64,000 nt of DNA from Eledone cirrhosa (taxonomy: Eukaryota), in contig OZ024752.1 in NCBI GenBank assembly GCA_964016885.1, positions 40,982,001 to 41,046,000 of the forward strand, read 5' to 3'. Position numbers and translations under genes: made by a program. Of this stretch, positions 1 to 12,942 are shown in pieces. The notes beneath the pieces were generated by a model. That model was not told where the DNA came from and did no database searches. It saw only the letters and a list, made by a program, of their open reading frames with translations. Position 1 is the stretch's first letter, and each line of letters begins with the position of its first letter.

Positions 1-52
1 CATGTGTATATAAGTAAATGGATGACTATATGTCTCTCTCTCTCTCCCCCCC

Positions 53-90
<38 letters not shown>

Positions 91-405
91 TCTCTCTGTA
101 TATATATATATACTGTATATATCCAATTGTCAAGGTTTGCTTTCATCCGAACCATCTTTGGCCTCTTGTGACAGGCATATATATATATATATATAGGAAC
201 AAGTAAGACCCCGACGGCTGAGCTCAAGCCGTTTCGACGACTAATTCTGGACTGAAATATATATATATATGAGGATTTCTGAGGATTTCTCCAGAATGAA
301 ACAGTTCTACTACTGTAGAAGCCATTTCTATATATTAGATATATATATTAACTATATATGTATATACATAACGGGGGACAACTATATATATATATATATA
401 TAATC

Positions 406-570
406 AACCCCAGCCCCCGGTATTCGCGGGGTTTAGATTCCTAGGGCACCCGCGAAGAGTGAAAAACCGCGAATATTGGACAAGATCTATAAAAATGCCT
501 ATAAACGTCAAAATATAACGTAAAATATAATTTTAAAAAAAGGGGGACCGCGAATGCTGCGCGTACACTG
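406..570. mobile_element. degenerate pogo/Tigger-like MITE remnant
   Basis: Left end CCCCCGGTATTCGCGG and right end CCGCGAATGCTGCGCGTACACTG|TA are imperfect inverted repeats; lies in a TA tract. Confidence 0.45.
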
Positions 571-599
571 TATACATACATATATATATATATATACAT

Positions 600-1431
600 A
601 TTTCTACTTTTGGCACAAGGCCGGCAGTAACCCAGTACATTACTGGTACTTTATTTTATCGACCCCGTAAGGATGAAAGGCAAAGTTAACCTCGGCGGGA
701 TTTGAACACAAAATGGCAAGGGCCGTAACTCTATGCATCAAAGCATGGCGTCCGACCTTCTACCGACACTGCCAATCCACCGCCTGTTATAATATAATAT
801 AATATAATAATTGTTTCTACTTTAGGCACAAGGCCAGCAATTAACCAGTGCATTACTGGTACTTTATTTTATCGACCCCGTAAGGATGAAAGGCAAAGTC
901 AGCCTCGGCGGGATTTGAACTCAGATCGTAAAGGGACGTAACTATGCTGGAAAGCATGGCATCCAACTCTCTACCGATACTGCCAATCCACCGTCCAATG
1001 GTTTCTTATATAGGCACAAGGCCAGTAATTTGGGGGGAAGGGAAAGTCGATTAAATCGACCCCAGTGCGTGACTGGTACTTTATTTTATCGACCCCGTAA
1101 GGATGAAAGGCAAAGTCAGCCTCGGCGGGATTTGAACTCAGATCGTAAAGGGACGTAACTATGCTGGAAAGCATGGCATCCAACTCTCTACCGATACTGC
1201 CAATCCACCGTCCAATGGTTTCTTATATAGGCACAAGGCCAAGTAATTTGGGGGGAAGGGAAAGTCGATTAAATCGACCCCAGTGCGTGACTGGTACTTT
1301 ATTTTATCGACCCCGTAAGGATGAAAGGCGAGGTTAACCTCGGCGGGATTTGAACTCAGAATGGCAAGGGACGTAACTATGCACCAAAGCATGGCGTCCG
1401 ACCTTCTACCGACACTGCCAATCCACCGCCT
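600..1431 (-). mobile_element. four tandem tRNA-derived SINE copies (family SINE-1)
   Basis: Minus strand: GGCGGTGGATTGGCAGTATCGG (A box), GAGTTCAAATCCC (B box), central GCCTTTCATCCTTACGGGGTCGATAAAATAAAGTACCAG (resembles the Meta/MESC SINE domain, from recall), tail GTAGAAACAA(TTA)n. Copies at about 600-785, 811-994, 1001-1212, 1219-1431. Confidence 0.9.
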
Positions 1432-1747
1432 GTTTAATATAATAATATTCAGTAGAATTGGTTGTAGAAATACTAAACAACGGCTGAGCCCACATACTAT
1501 ATGGTTGGGTGTTGGAAGAAGTGTGTGTCTGTTTTAAAAGAGGCCCCCATACACTCTATAGCTTCCTTTGCAAATAAGTATAATACAAACAAATGCTTGT
1601 ATGCATAAACATATACGCATTTACGCACAGACTTTTAAAGACATTCACACACACACACTGCATGTACACACACACACACAAATACATATACATATTGATA
1701 TGTATATATATATACATATATGTGTGTGTGTGCGCGTGTATATATAT

Positions 1748-1781
<34 letters not shown>

Positions 1782-1827
1782 GTATAAACATATATATTCA
1801 TATATATATATATTTATATATATATAC

Positions 1828-1976
<149 letters not shown>

Positions 1977-2433
1977 CAAAGACCCTTCGTCCATAATCTG
2001 GAGGCCAAAGAGTAATTAATTAGAAGTGTTATCTGTGAGAAGACATCGTGTTGAAAAACCATCAAAGTTCCGTCATCTGACACTGGGAAGGGAGCATGTG
2101 TGTTCAGCTAATTACGTTAATTAGTGAAAATAACCAGGATACTTATAACTGGCCTTACATGACTTTACACCCACTGAAGGTTTTCGAGAAAGAATCGCAG
2201 GTGTGTGTCTATATGAAATTGTGTATGCACATATACGAATTGATATGTATGTATGTGACTATGTATGTATGTGACTATGTATGTATGTGACTATGTATGT
2301 ATGTGACTATGTATGTATGTGACTATAAATGTATCTCATCGTTTGCATCCATATGTGTATATACATATATATATACACACACACACACAGACACACATAT
2401 ATATACATATATATATATATATATATTTTTTTA

Positions 2434-2661
2434 TTTTTATTTTATAGAAGGAGCTTCTACAGGACTAGTACTGTTTCATTCAGATGAAATCTTCAGGAAG
2501 CTGAAGATTTCAGCTGAAGATTTCAGCTTCCTGAAGATTTCATCTGAATGAAACAGTACTAGTCCTGTAGAAGCTCCTTCTATAAAATAAAAAAATTTTA
2601 CTCTGCCATGTATTGAGTACCTTACTTACTGTGGTTATACCCGACTCAACCCGGGACCTAC

Positions 2662-2662
<1 letters not shown>
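2434..2662 (+). mobile_element. fold-back hammerhead-bearing insert, family A (Penelope-like terminus)
   Basis: About 70 bp inverted arms centred near 2513, a unique 3' extension, and (TA)n on both sides; homologues at 11336, 39222, 39530, 42462 and a partial one at 270. Confidence 0.75.
2525..2575 (+). ncRNA. type I hammerhead ribozyme motif
   Basis: AGCTTC-CTGAAGA-T TTC atct GAA T-GAAACAG tactagtc CTGT-A-GAAGCT: 6 bp helix I, intact core, 4 bp helix III, GUA cleavage triplet; antisense twin at 2452-2502. Confidence 0.8.
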
Positions 2663-2694
<32 letters not shown>

Positions 2695-2741
2695 AATATG
2701 TGTGTGTGTATATATATATGTGTGTGTGCATATATATATAT

Positions 2742-2808
<67 letters not shown>

Positions 2809-2823
2809 ATTTATATATATGTA

Positions 2824-2882
<59 letters not shown>

Positions 2883-2956
2883 CACCAAAAAAAAATGCAA
2901 CCTTCGGCGAGGAAGGAGAGTAGGAAATTATTGGCTTTAACAAAACCTTATCTACC

Positions 2957-3092
<136 letters not shown>

Positions 3093-3113
3093 TACATACA
3101 TACATACATACAT

Positions 3114-3146
<33 letters not shown>

Positions 3147-3262
3147 GATACATACAATAGGATATGGAACCAATTGCCACTTCTATAGCTGTTTTTCTCT
3201 CGTTTAGTAAATGGACCAATTACATCATTATACTAGACTATTATTCCCGTGAAAGGGTTGGA

Positions 3263-3674
3263 ATATATAATATAATATAATATAATATAATATAATATAA
3301 TATAATATAATATAATATAATATAATATAATATAATATAATATAATATAATATAATATAATATAATATAATATAATATAATATAATATAATATAATATAA
3401 TATAATATAATATAATATAATATAATATAATATAATATAATATAATATAATATAATATAATATAATATAATATAATATAATATAATATAATATAATATAA
3501 TATAATATAATATAATATAATATAATATAATATAATATAATATAATATAATATAATATAATATAATATAATATAATATAATATAATATAATATAATATAA
3601 TATAATATAATATAATATAATATAATATAATATAATATAATATAATATAATATAATATAATATAATATAATATA
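3263..3674. repeat. (AATAT)n pentanucleotide microsatellite
   Basis: Near-perfect run of about 82 units. Confidence 0.98.
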
Positions 3675-3796
3675 AGACAACATCAAATAAATTGCCGCAG
3701 AAGGAAATAATTCTTCATTTCTTCATCACTATAGACCTTGCTTTCCATAAACATTTCTATCATAGACCTTACCAACATAAACATAGGCATTTCTAT

Positions 3797-4610
3797 CCAT
3801 AAACATCACCAGCATAAACATCACCACCATAAACATCATCACCATAAACATCACCACCATAAACATCACCAGCACAAAAATTCATCATCATAAACATCAT
3901 CATCATAAACATCATCACCATAAACATCACCATCATAAACATCATCACCATAAACATCACCACCATAAACATCATCATCATAAACATCACCATCATAAAC
4001 ATCATCACCATAAACATCATCATAAACATCATCATCACCATAAACATGACCATCATAAACATCATCACCATAAACATCACCATCGTAAACATCATCACCA
4101 TAAACATCATCACCATAAACATCACCACCATAAACATCACCACCATAAACATCACCACCATAAACATCACCACCATAAACATCATCACCATAAACATCAC
4201 CATCTTAAACATCATCACCATAAACATCATCACCATAAACATTACCACCATAACATCATCACCATAAACATAGGCATTTCTAGCCATAAACATCACCATC
4301 ATAAACATCATCACCATAAACATCACCATCATAAACATCATCACCATAAACATCACCATCATAAACATCATCACTATAAACATTACCACCATAAACATCA
4401 TCACCATAAACATCACCATCACCACCATAAACATCATCATCATCACCATAAACATCACCACCACCATAAACAACATCATCATCACCATAAATAACACCAC
4501 CATAAACAACATCATCATCACCATAAACATCACCACCATAAACATAACCATCATAAACATTATCATCACCATAAACATCATCATCACCATAAACAACATC
4601 ATCATCACCA
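3797..4610. repeat. about 15-bp minisatellite (CATAAACATCATCAC)n
   Basis: Degenerate CAT/CAC-based tandem units. Confidence 0.95.
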
Positions 4611-5242
4611 CAAACAATTCTATCCATTCTTTGATTTTCAACGATTTTATTGTTTTTTTTTTTCATTAATTTTTTTTTCTTTATATTTTACTTATTGCAA
4701 TAATCTTGTTTGTTATATTTTTCTTATTTTTACAAATTTCCAGACTTGATTGTTTATTTTTCTTGATTTTTTCTTTATTAAAATTTCCTTCATTTTTACA
4801 ATATTTTGTCTAAAACGTTTTAATAGATTTCCTTACATATTTTTTTCCTATTTTTTTTCATTCATGTTCGTTCTTTTTCATTCTTTTCTTCTCACTTTCA
4901 AATGAATGAAATATAAAAGAAATCTTCATTTGTTGCTATTGGCATCTTTGAATCCAATCTAATTAGTTAAAACTTGAATACTCCTCATCCTTTTTATACC
5001 ATTTCCCTTCTATTTGTGCCCTCAAGAAACGCTTAATTTCAGCATCTATAAGATTTCGCAGAACATTCTAGTTCTAAGAATAAGTAAATATAAAGTATAA
5101 ATATAAAGTATAAATATAAAGTATAAATATAAAGTAGAAATAAAATAAAGCAAAATAAAACGAAAGGAAGCAAAGATACGTGAATATCTCAGTCCAATGA
5201 ACCTGGTTTACCATGTCAAAACAAGAAAATCTACCGTTTCTG

Positions 5243-5980
<738 letters not shown>

Positions 5981-6327
5981 CTTCCCCTCTACCTCTCCCT
6001 CTTCTCTCTCTCCTCTCTCTCCCTCTTTCTCTTTCTCTGTCTCTCTCTTTCTCGTGTATTCTCTTGTATGGATCAATCAGAACCATGGACAACAATAACA
6101 AAGCATTTAGAAAAGAGACATAAATGTTGTTATAACAAGAATGTTTCACATGGAGTTCAACTTGATACAGCATTTCGGTTGAGCCTCGTAGTTGTACCGG
6201 ATCTCGCTCCCCCTCTCTTCGTGTCTCTCGTATATTCTCTTGTATGGCTCAGAAGCATGGATCATAACAAAGCATCTAGAAAAGAGACATGGATGCTGCT
6301 ATACAAGAATATTTCAAATGTGGAGCT

Positions 6328-7536
6328 CAACTTGATACAACGTTTCAGCTGACCCTCGTAGTTATACCGGATCAAAGTTGAGCCGGGTCTGAACAAAATC
6401 AGGAAAATCTACAACTCTATCAACTTGATACAACGTTTCAGTTGACCCTCGTAGTTATACCGGATCAAAGTTGAGCCGGGTCTGAACAAAATCAGGAAAA
6501 TCTACAACTCTATCAACTTGATACAACGTTTCAGTTGACCCTCGTAGTTATACCGGATCAAAGTTGAGCCGGGTCTGAACAAAATCAGGAAAATCTACAA
6601 CTCTATCAACTTGATACAACGTTTCAGTTGACCCTCGTAGTTATACCGGATCAAAGTTGAGCCGGGTCTGAACAAAATCAGGAAAATCTACAACTCTATC
6701 AACTTGATACAACGTTTCAGTTGACCCTCGTAGTTAATACCAGATCAAAGTTGAGCCGGGTCTGAACAAAATCAGGAAAATCTACAACTCTATCAACTTG
6801 ATACAACGTTTCAGTTGACCCTCGTAGTTTATACCGGATCAAAGTTGAGCCGGGTCTGAACAAAATCAGGAAAATCTACAACTCTATCAACTTGATACAA
6901 CGTTTCAGTTGACCCTCGTAGTTAATACCAGATCAAAGTTGAGCCGGGTCTGAACAAAATCAGGAAAATCTACAACTCTATCAACTTGATACAACGTTTC
7001 AGTTGACCCTCGTAGTTAATACCAGATCAAAGTTGAGCCGGGTCTGAACAAAATCAGGAAAATCTACAACTCTATCAACTTGATACAACGTTTCAGTTGA
7101 CCCTCGTAGTTAATACCAGATCAAAGTTGAGCCGGGTCTGAACAAAATCAGGAAAATCTACAACTCTATCAACTTGATACAACGTTTCAGTTGACCCTCG
7201 TAGTTAATACCAGATCAAAGTTGAGCCGGGTCTGAACAAAATCAGGAAAATCTACAACTCTATCAACTTGATACAACGTTTCAGTTGACCCTCGTAGTTA
7301 ATACCAGATCAAAGTTGAGCCGGGCCTGAACAAAATCAGGAAAATCTACAACTCTATCAACTTGATACAACGTTTCAGTTGACCCTCGTAGGTTAATACC
7401 AGATCAAAGTTGAGCACGGTCTGACAAAATCAGGAAAATCTACAACTCTATCAACTTGATACAACGTTTCAGTTGACCCTCGTAGTTAATACCAGATCAA
7501 AGTTGAGCCGGATCTGTACAAAATCAGGAAAATCTA
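6328..7536. repeat. 93/94-bp tandem repeat, about 13 copies
   Basis: CAACTTGATACAACGTTTCAG recurs at 6421, 6514, 6607, 6700 and onward; later units carry a 1-nt insertion (GTTAATACCAG). Confidence 0.97.
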
Positions 7537-8086
7537 TGATAAATATGTGATAAAATATTTGATAAATATGTTAACCCAGAGAAACGGTCGTAGTTGCTAA
7601 TACATTTGGTCTTCTTACCAATTCTCGTAAAACACGTTATTTCACGAGATTACGACACTCATTCTCGACTTCTGTTATCATTTCTGCTATATCTCCTCTA
7701 ATGTTGCTGTTGTGATTGCTGCTACTACTGCTGTTGCTGCTACCGATACTCATACTGCTGCTGCTGCTGATGCTGTTGCTGCTATACTACTGCTATTCCA
7801 GCTTTCCTCTGCTACTATTGTCGCTGTTACTGGTCTTATCCTACTGCCGTCTCTGCTGCTTTCCTACTGCTCATTCTGCTGCTCTCCTACTGCTATTATT
7901 ACTGCAACTGCTATACTGCTGCTACTGAAAGCTGGGACTATTGCTGCTGATATGTTGCTGTTGTTGCTGCTATTGTTGCTGCTACTATTGCTGGTGCTGC
8001 TATCCTGCTGCTACCCTGCTGCTGACATGCTGCTCTCACCATCCTGATGCCGCTGCTACTGTTGCTACTACATTTGCTGCAGTTAT

Positions 8087-8117
<31 letters not shown>

Positions 8118-8329
8118 TACACACACACACACACACAACACACATACACATACACACACACATACACACGCACGCACACATGCACACACACAGACATACA
8201 CACACATACACACATACACACACACACACATACACACGCACACACACATACACACACACATACACACACACACACACATACACACCCACACGTACACACA
8301 CATACACACACACACACACACATATATAT

Positions 8330-8467
8330 ATTTCTGCCTGGATATGCGACCGACAGATAGTATTAGCAATTGGAAAGACAATGGAAACATTGTTTCCTCG
8401 GTCCGATTTGACGAGCTCCACCCCTACTCGTTAAGCGAATGAAGTTTGGGATCTTGTCGATCTACTG

Positions 8468-8470
<3 letters not shown>
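8330..8470 (+). mobile_element. 3' body fragment of a second SINE family (SINE-2)
   Basis: Matches the reverse complement of 20955-21036 and, more weakly, 56755-56860 (CAATGGAAACATTG..TCGGTCCGAT.TGA). Confidence 0.6.
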
Positions 8471-8542
<72 letters not shown>

Positions 8543-8548
<6 letters not shown>

Positions 8549-8823
8549 CAAAACACAGGTAAGCATTAAAAAAAGGATTTTATCCAGGTATTTACGACCG
8601 TTTCATTGGTAAGTGCAACCTTATATTGCTATTGTAAATACCTGGATAAAATCCTTTTTTTTAGTGCTTACATGTGTTTTCTCTTTTATTCTTTACACTC
8701 CAAGATTGAACATCATTCTTACAAACTTGTGGAGTTACCCCTAACTGTACGTTGAAACCGTCCATGAAACTACGAACTGTCTTAACCACGAACTGGATTA
8801 CAATAAGCAATTTTCTGCTTCTC

Positions 8824-8828
<5 letters not shown>
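8543..8828 (+). mobile_element. fold-back insert, family C
   Basis: About 52 bp imperfect inverted arms (8543-8594 / 8633-8688) with (TA)n flanks; the antisense arm carries GAAACGGTCGTA (half hammerhead). Confidence 0.6.
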
Positions 8829-8900
<72 letters not shown>

Positions 8901-8901
<1 letters not shown>

Positions 8902-9062
8902 AGGAACCAGTAAGACCCCGACGGCTGAGCTCAAGCCGTCGAAGCGGCTTGAGCTCAGCCGTCGGGGTCTTACTGGTTCCTATTACCCACTCTACTACCC
9001 CAAGTATTGAGTACCTTGGTGCGTTATGGTCCACCTGGTTCCTTACCACATTTCCTTCGTTA
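8901..9062 (+). mobile_element. fold-back insert, family B
   Basis: Palindrome GGAACCAGTAAGACCCCGACGGCTGAGCTCAAGCCG..CGGCTTGAGCTCAGCCGTCGGGGTCTTACTGGTTCC plus a unique tail; (TA)n flanks; homologues at 194, 10273, 12683, 14722, 39472, 42766, 43690. Confidence 0.75.
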
Positions 9063-9078
9063 TATATATATATATATA

Positions 9079-9424
9079 TATTGTTATACTTTGGGAGGGT
9101 CATGTTGCCAATAAGAAACACACGCACCAGCTGCTTTCACTTCAATTTATTATAATAAATTTATAAATTTAGGAATTTATAAATTTCCGGTTGGTTGGTT
9201 GGTTCCACAACCAGATGGTTGTTTATATATTGTCAAAGTTCTTTCGTCACACATTCTGTGACCTCTTCAGTGACTGGGGATTCTTTTCTTTGTTTTTTTG
9301 CGCCTCTCCTTTGTTGTGTCCTACGCCATCTTTAATTTATAAATTTATTGTAATAAATTGAAGTGAAAACAACTGGTGCGTGTGTTTCTTATTGGCAACA
9401 TGACCCTCCCAAAGTATAACAATA
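9079..9424. mobile_element. inverted-repeat insert, family D
   Basis: About 90 bp terminal inverted repeats TATTGTTATACTTTGGGAGGGTCATG.. / ..CATGACCCTCCCAAAGTATAACAATA within (TA)n; related termini at 12950-13020 and 34834-34957. Confidence 0.75.
9232..9274 (-). ncRNA. minimal type I hammerhead motif
   Basis: Minus strand GTCA-CTGAAGA-G-GTCAC agaatgt GTGAC-GAAA gaac T-T-TGAC: 4 bp helix I, 5 bp helix II, minimal helix III. Confidence 0.65.
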
Positions 9425-9506
9425 TATATATATTTATCGAAGGACTATTCGTATCATATTTAACCCATGTGCAAACCACGCAGTATTCTTCTTTCTTCTC
9501 ATGTTT

Positions 9507-9540
<34 letters not shown>

Positions 9541-9968
9541 ATATATATATATGTGTATATATGTTTGTAGGTTTGTACGTGTGTTTGACTAAGAGCTTAT
9601 GCATGTGCGTTTATGCACGTGCGTTTCCATTTCTGCGCCCGGCTGCACCTTGATTGTCAGAGTCTACGTTTATTTAATTGTCTTTGCGATGACTATTTGA
9701 TGGTTAGCGAGGAAAAACGTGACGAGTTTCTTTTACATCGCTTCAAACTGAATGTATTTCTGAGAACTGCACCAGTTGCTGTCTACTTAAAACACTTCAT
9801 AATACAATGAATTAATGTCGCAATCTGTGAAATATTGAATGATATTTTGAAAGATTTTATAATGCATTTAATAGAATTGATTTGAATATATCGTTTTCAG
9901 AGTGCAATGTTTCGGATTTGACCTCATTTATGAAGGAAACATTTCGATATGTCTACATATATACATAC

Positions 9969-10027
<59 letters not shown>

Positions 10028-10033
<6 letters not shown>

Positions 10034-10139
10034 TAACAGATTAAAGTTTAAGCAAAGAATCGCTGCTTTCACCCTTAACGGGATCTTCCTTATCGAGCCC
10101 TCTTTGGATTTTAGTCTTCAATTTTATTATTATTACTAT
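10028..10139. mobile_element. family E insert (inverted 5' piece joined to 3' tail)
   Basis: 10028-10088 is the reverse complement of 21556-21616; the remainder matches 21660-21712 directly. Confidence 0.7.
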
Positions 10140-10140
10140 A

Positions 10141-10483
<343 letters not shown>

Positions 10484-10526
10484 GGGATACTGTTGGCTTC
10501 TTGCTACAATAATTTCTATACTTTTC

Positions 10527-10585
<59 letters not shown>

Positions 10586-10744
10586 CGAAACATAAGTCAA
10601 TTGCATGGCCTCATAATCCTTTATTTACTGCTATATATATTTGGATGAGAGCCATTGAATGGCTATGACCTCATCAGGCAGGTTGGTCAGTTCTTAGATA
10701 TGCCAGCTCTGTGTTTATGGTGTTGATGGTATCAGAGTCTTGGG

Positions 10745-10812
<68 letters not shown>

Positions 10813-10936
10813 ATAGAATAACGGAGACATAGACTCTCGTTATTCCCTGTCAATAATGTGCTCAAAGGAGAAGGTTTTATTGATGGCGGACTATCTCTCT
10901 CCAGTGTGTTACCTTTTCAACATATTGTATATATAT

Positions 10937-11037
<101 letters not shown>

Positions 11038-11094
11038 TCGGATCTAACTGTCGAAACGGCAGGAGCTCACCCGTCTGGGTCCTGAATCTTTTCC

Positions 11095-11126
<32 letters not shown>

Positions 11127-11335
11127 TATATTAGAGCAAACATCACGGGCGCTCTATCTCAAAATTATTTTTGAAAAGCATTAGAAATGCGCAATCGGTA
11201 AAAACTTTAAACTAATACTGAATACTAACCAATACTTATTAATAATTACTAATTTATACTTATTCCTAATTAAACTATTTTTCACTGGGAAAAATTTGTC
11301 ACCATTTTCTTTTCCTTTTACTAATATATATATAT

Positions 11336-11578
11336 AGTTTTAATATAGATGAGATTCTACAGGACTAGAACTGTTTCATTCTTCAGAAATCATCAGGAAT
11401 CTGGCTGTCCAAAATAAATGTTGTGATATTTATTTTGGACACCCAGATTCCTGATGATTTCTAAAGAATGAAACAGTTGTAGTCCTGTAGAATCTCATCT
11501 ATATTAAAACTTTTATACTCTGCTATGTATTGAGTACCTTACTTACTGTGGTTACCTCCGATTCAACCCGGAATAACT
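11336..11578 (+). mobile_element. fold-back hammerhead-bearing insert, family A
   Basis: About 83 bp inverted arms centred near 11423; tail GTATTGAGTACCTTACTTACTGTGGTTACC. Confidence 0.78.
11445..11495 (+). ncRNA. type I hammerhead ribozyme motif
   Basis: AGATTC-CTGATGA-T TTCT aa AGAA T-GAAACAG ttgtagtc CTGT-A-GAATCT; helix I covaries with the 2525 copy (AGCTTC/GAAGCT versus AGATTC/GAATCT); antisense twin at 11352-11402. Confidence 0.82.
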
Positions 11579-11590
11579 TACCTATATATG

Positions 11591-11642
<52 letters not shown>

Positions 11643-11697
11643 TAGACACAGACATATATATATAGAGAGAGATATGTATATATATGCATATATATAT

Positions 11698-11781
<84 letters not shown>

Positions 11782-11897
11782 GTGTGTGTGTGTGAGTGTG
11801 AATGCGTTTATATGTGTCTATATATATGTGTGTATGTCTGTGGGTGAATGTGTGTATTTGTATATCTGCATCTACACCTGTGTGTATATGTTTCTGA

Positions 11898-12002
<105 letters not shown>

Positions 12003-12003
12003 T

Positions 12004-12062
<59 letters not shown>

Positions 12063-12476
12063 ATGCAGGTATAATAATAATACGTGATGGAGAGATAAAA
12101 CAATGCAAACCAAAATTTGAGAAAAAAAAAAAATCAAACATCCAAAACGAAAATAAAAATTCAAAAAGACGAAACGAAGATAGCTAATTAGAATGTTTAG
12201 TCCAATTGTGTGGGGTTTTTTTTTATTGGGTGGGGTTCAGATGGAGGAAGAAAGAAGGGGTTTCTGGCATTTTTTCCAGCAGGAAAATATCTTCCATTTT
12301 TATTTTTTATTTTTCCAGTAATGAAGGAAAGAATGACTTCAATTTAATGGAACAGCCGTGGGACAAGACTTCATTAAGTAAAGGCGAAGTTTCTGCTTGG
12401 TTGTAGACATATATGACTGACGTCATCTTTGCCAGATACATCTACATATACACATAGCCATACACAGACACATGAC

Positions 12477-12524
<48 letters not shown>

Positions 12525-12528
<4 letters not shown>

Positions 12529-12905
12529 TAATAATAAATTTGAAGACTAAAATCCAAACAGGGCTCGATAATAAATATATATATATATGTATATATATAT
12601 ATTTATCCTTATCAAGCCCTCTTTGGTTTTCAGTCTTCAAATTTATTATTACTATATATATATGTATATATATATATATATATAGGAAAAAGTATGACCC
12701 CGACGGCAGAGCTCAAGCTGTTTCGACGGCTATTTCTGGACTCCAGAAATAGCCGTCCAGAAATAGGACGTCCAAAAATAGCCGACGAAACCGCTTGAGC
12801 TCTGCCGTCGGGGTCATACTTTTTCCTATTTCCCACTCTACTACCCTAAGTATTGAGTACTCTGGTGCGTTATGGTCCATCTGGTTCCTTACCACAATTC
12901 CTTTG

Positions 12906-12908
<3 letters not shown>
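12525..12908. mobile_element. adjacent fold-back inserts of family E (12525-12655) and family B (12683-12908)
   Basis: Both are palindromic, separated by (TA)n, and homologous to other copies in the window. Confidence 0.7.

Positions 12909-12942
<34 letters not shown>

Noticed and set aside
121-176. Hammerhead on the minus strand (GTCA-CAAGAG..GAAAG..TGAC)
   Set aside because: Core lacks two invariant bases; at best a decayed relic
600-785. tRNA genes at SINE heads
   Set aside because: A and B boxes are present but there is no cloverleaf; always fused to the SINE body
6328-7536. CRISPR-like array
   Set aside because: Whole units are near-identical with no unique spacers; eukaryotic context and no cas genes. 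The same applies to the 84-, 33- and 32-bp arrays
12319-12400. Possible plus-strand exons after strong acceptors (12319, 13673, 51853, 55709)
   Set aside because: Short, with no recognisable protein and no consistent donor or phase chain; cannot be supported without RNA data
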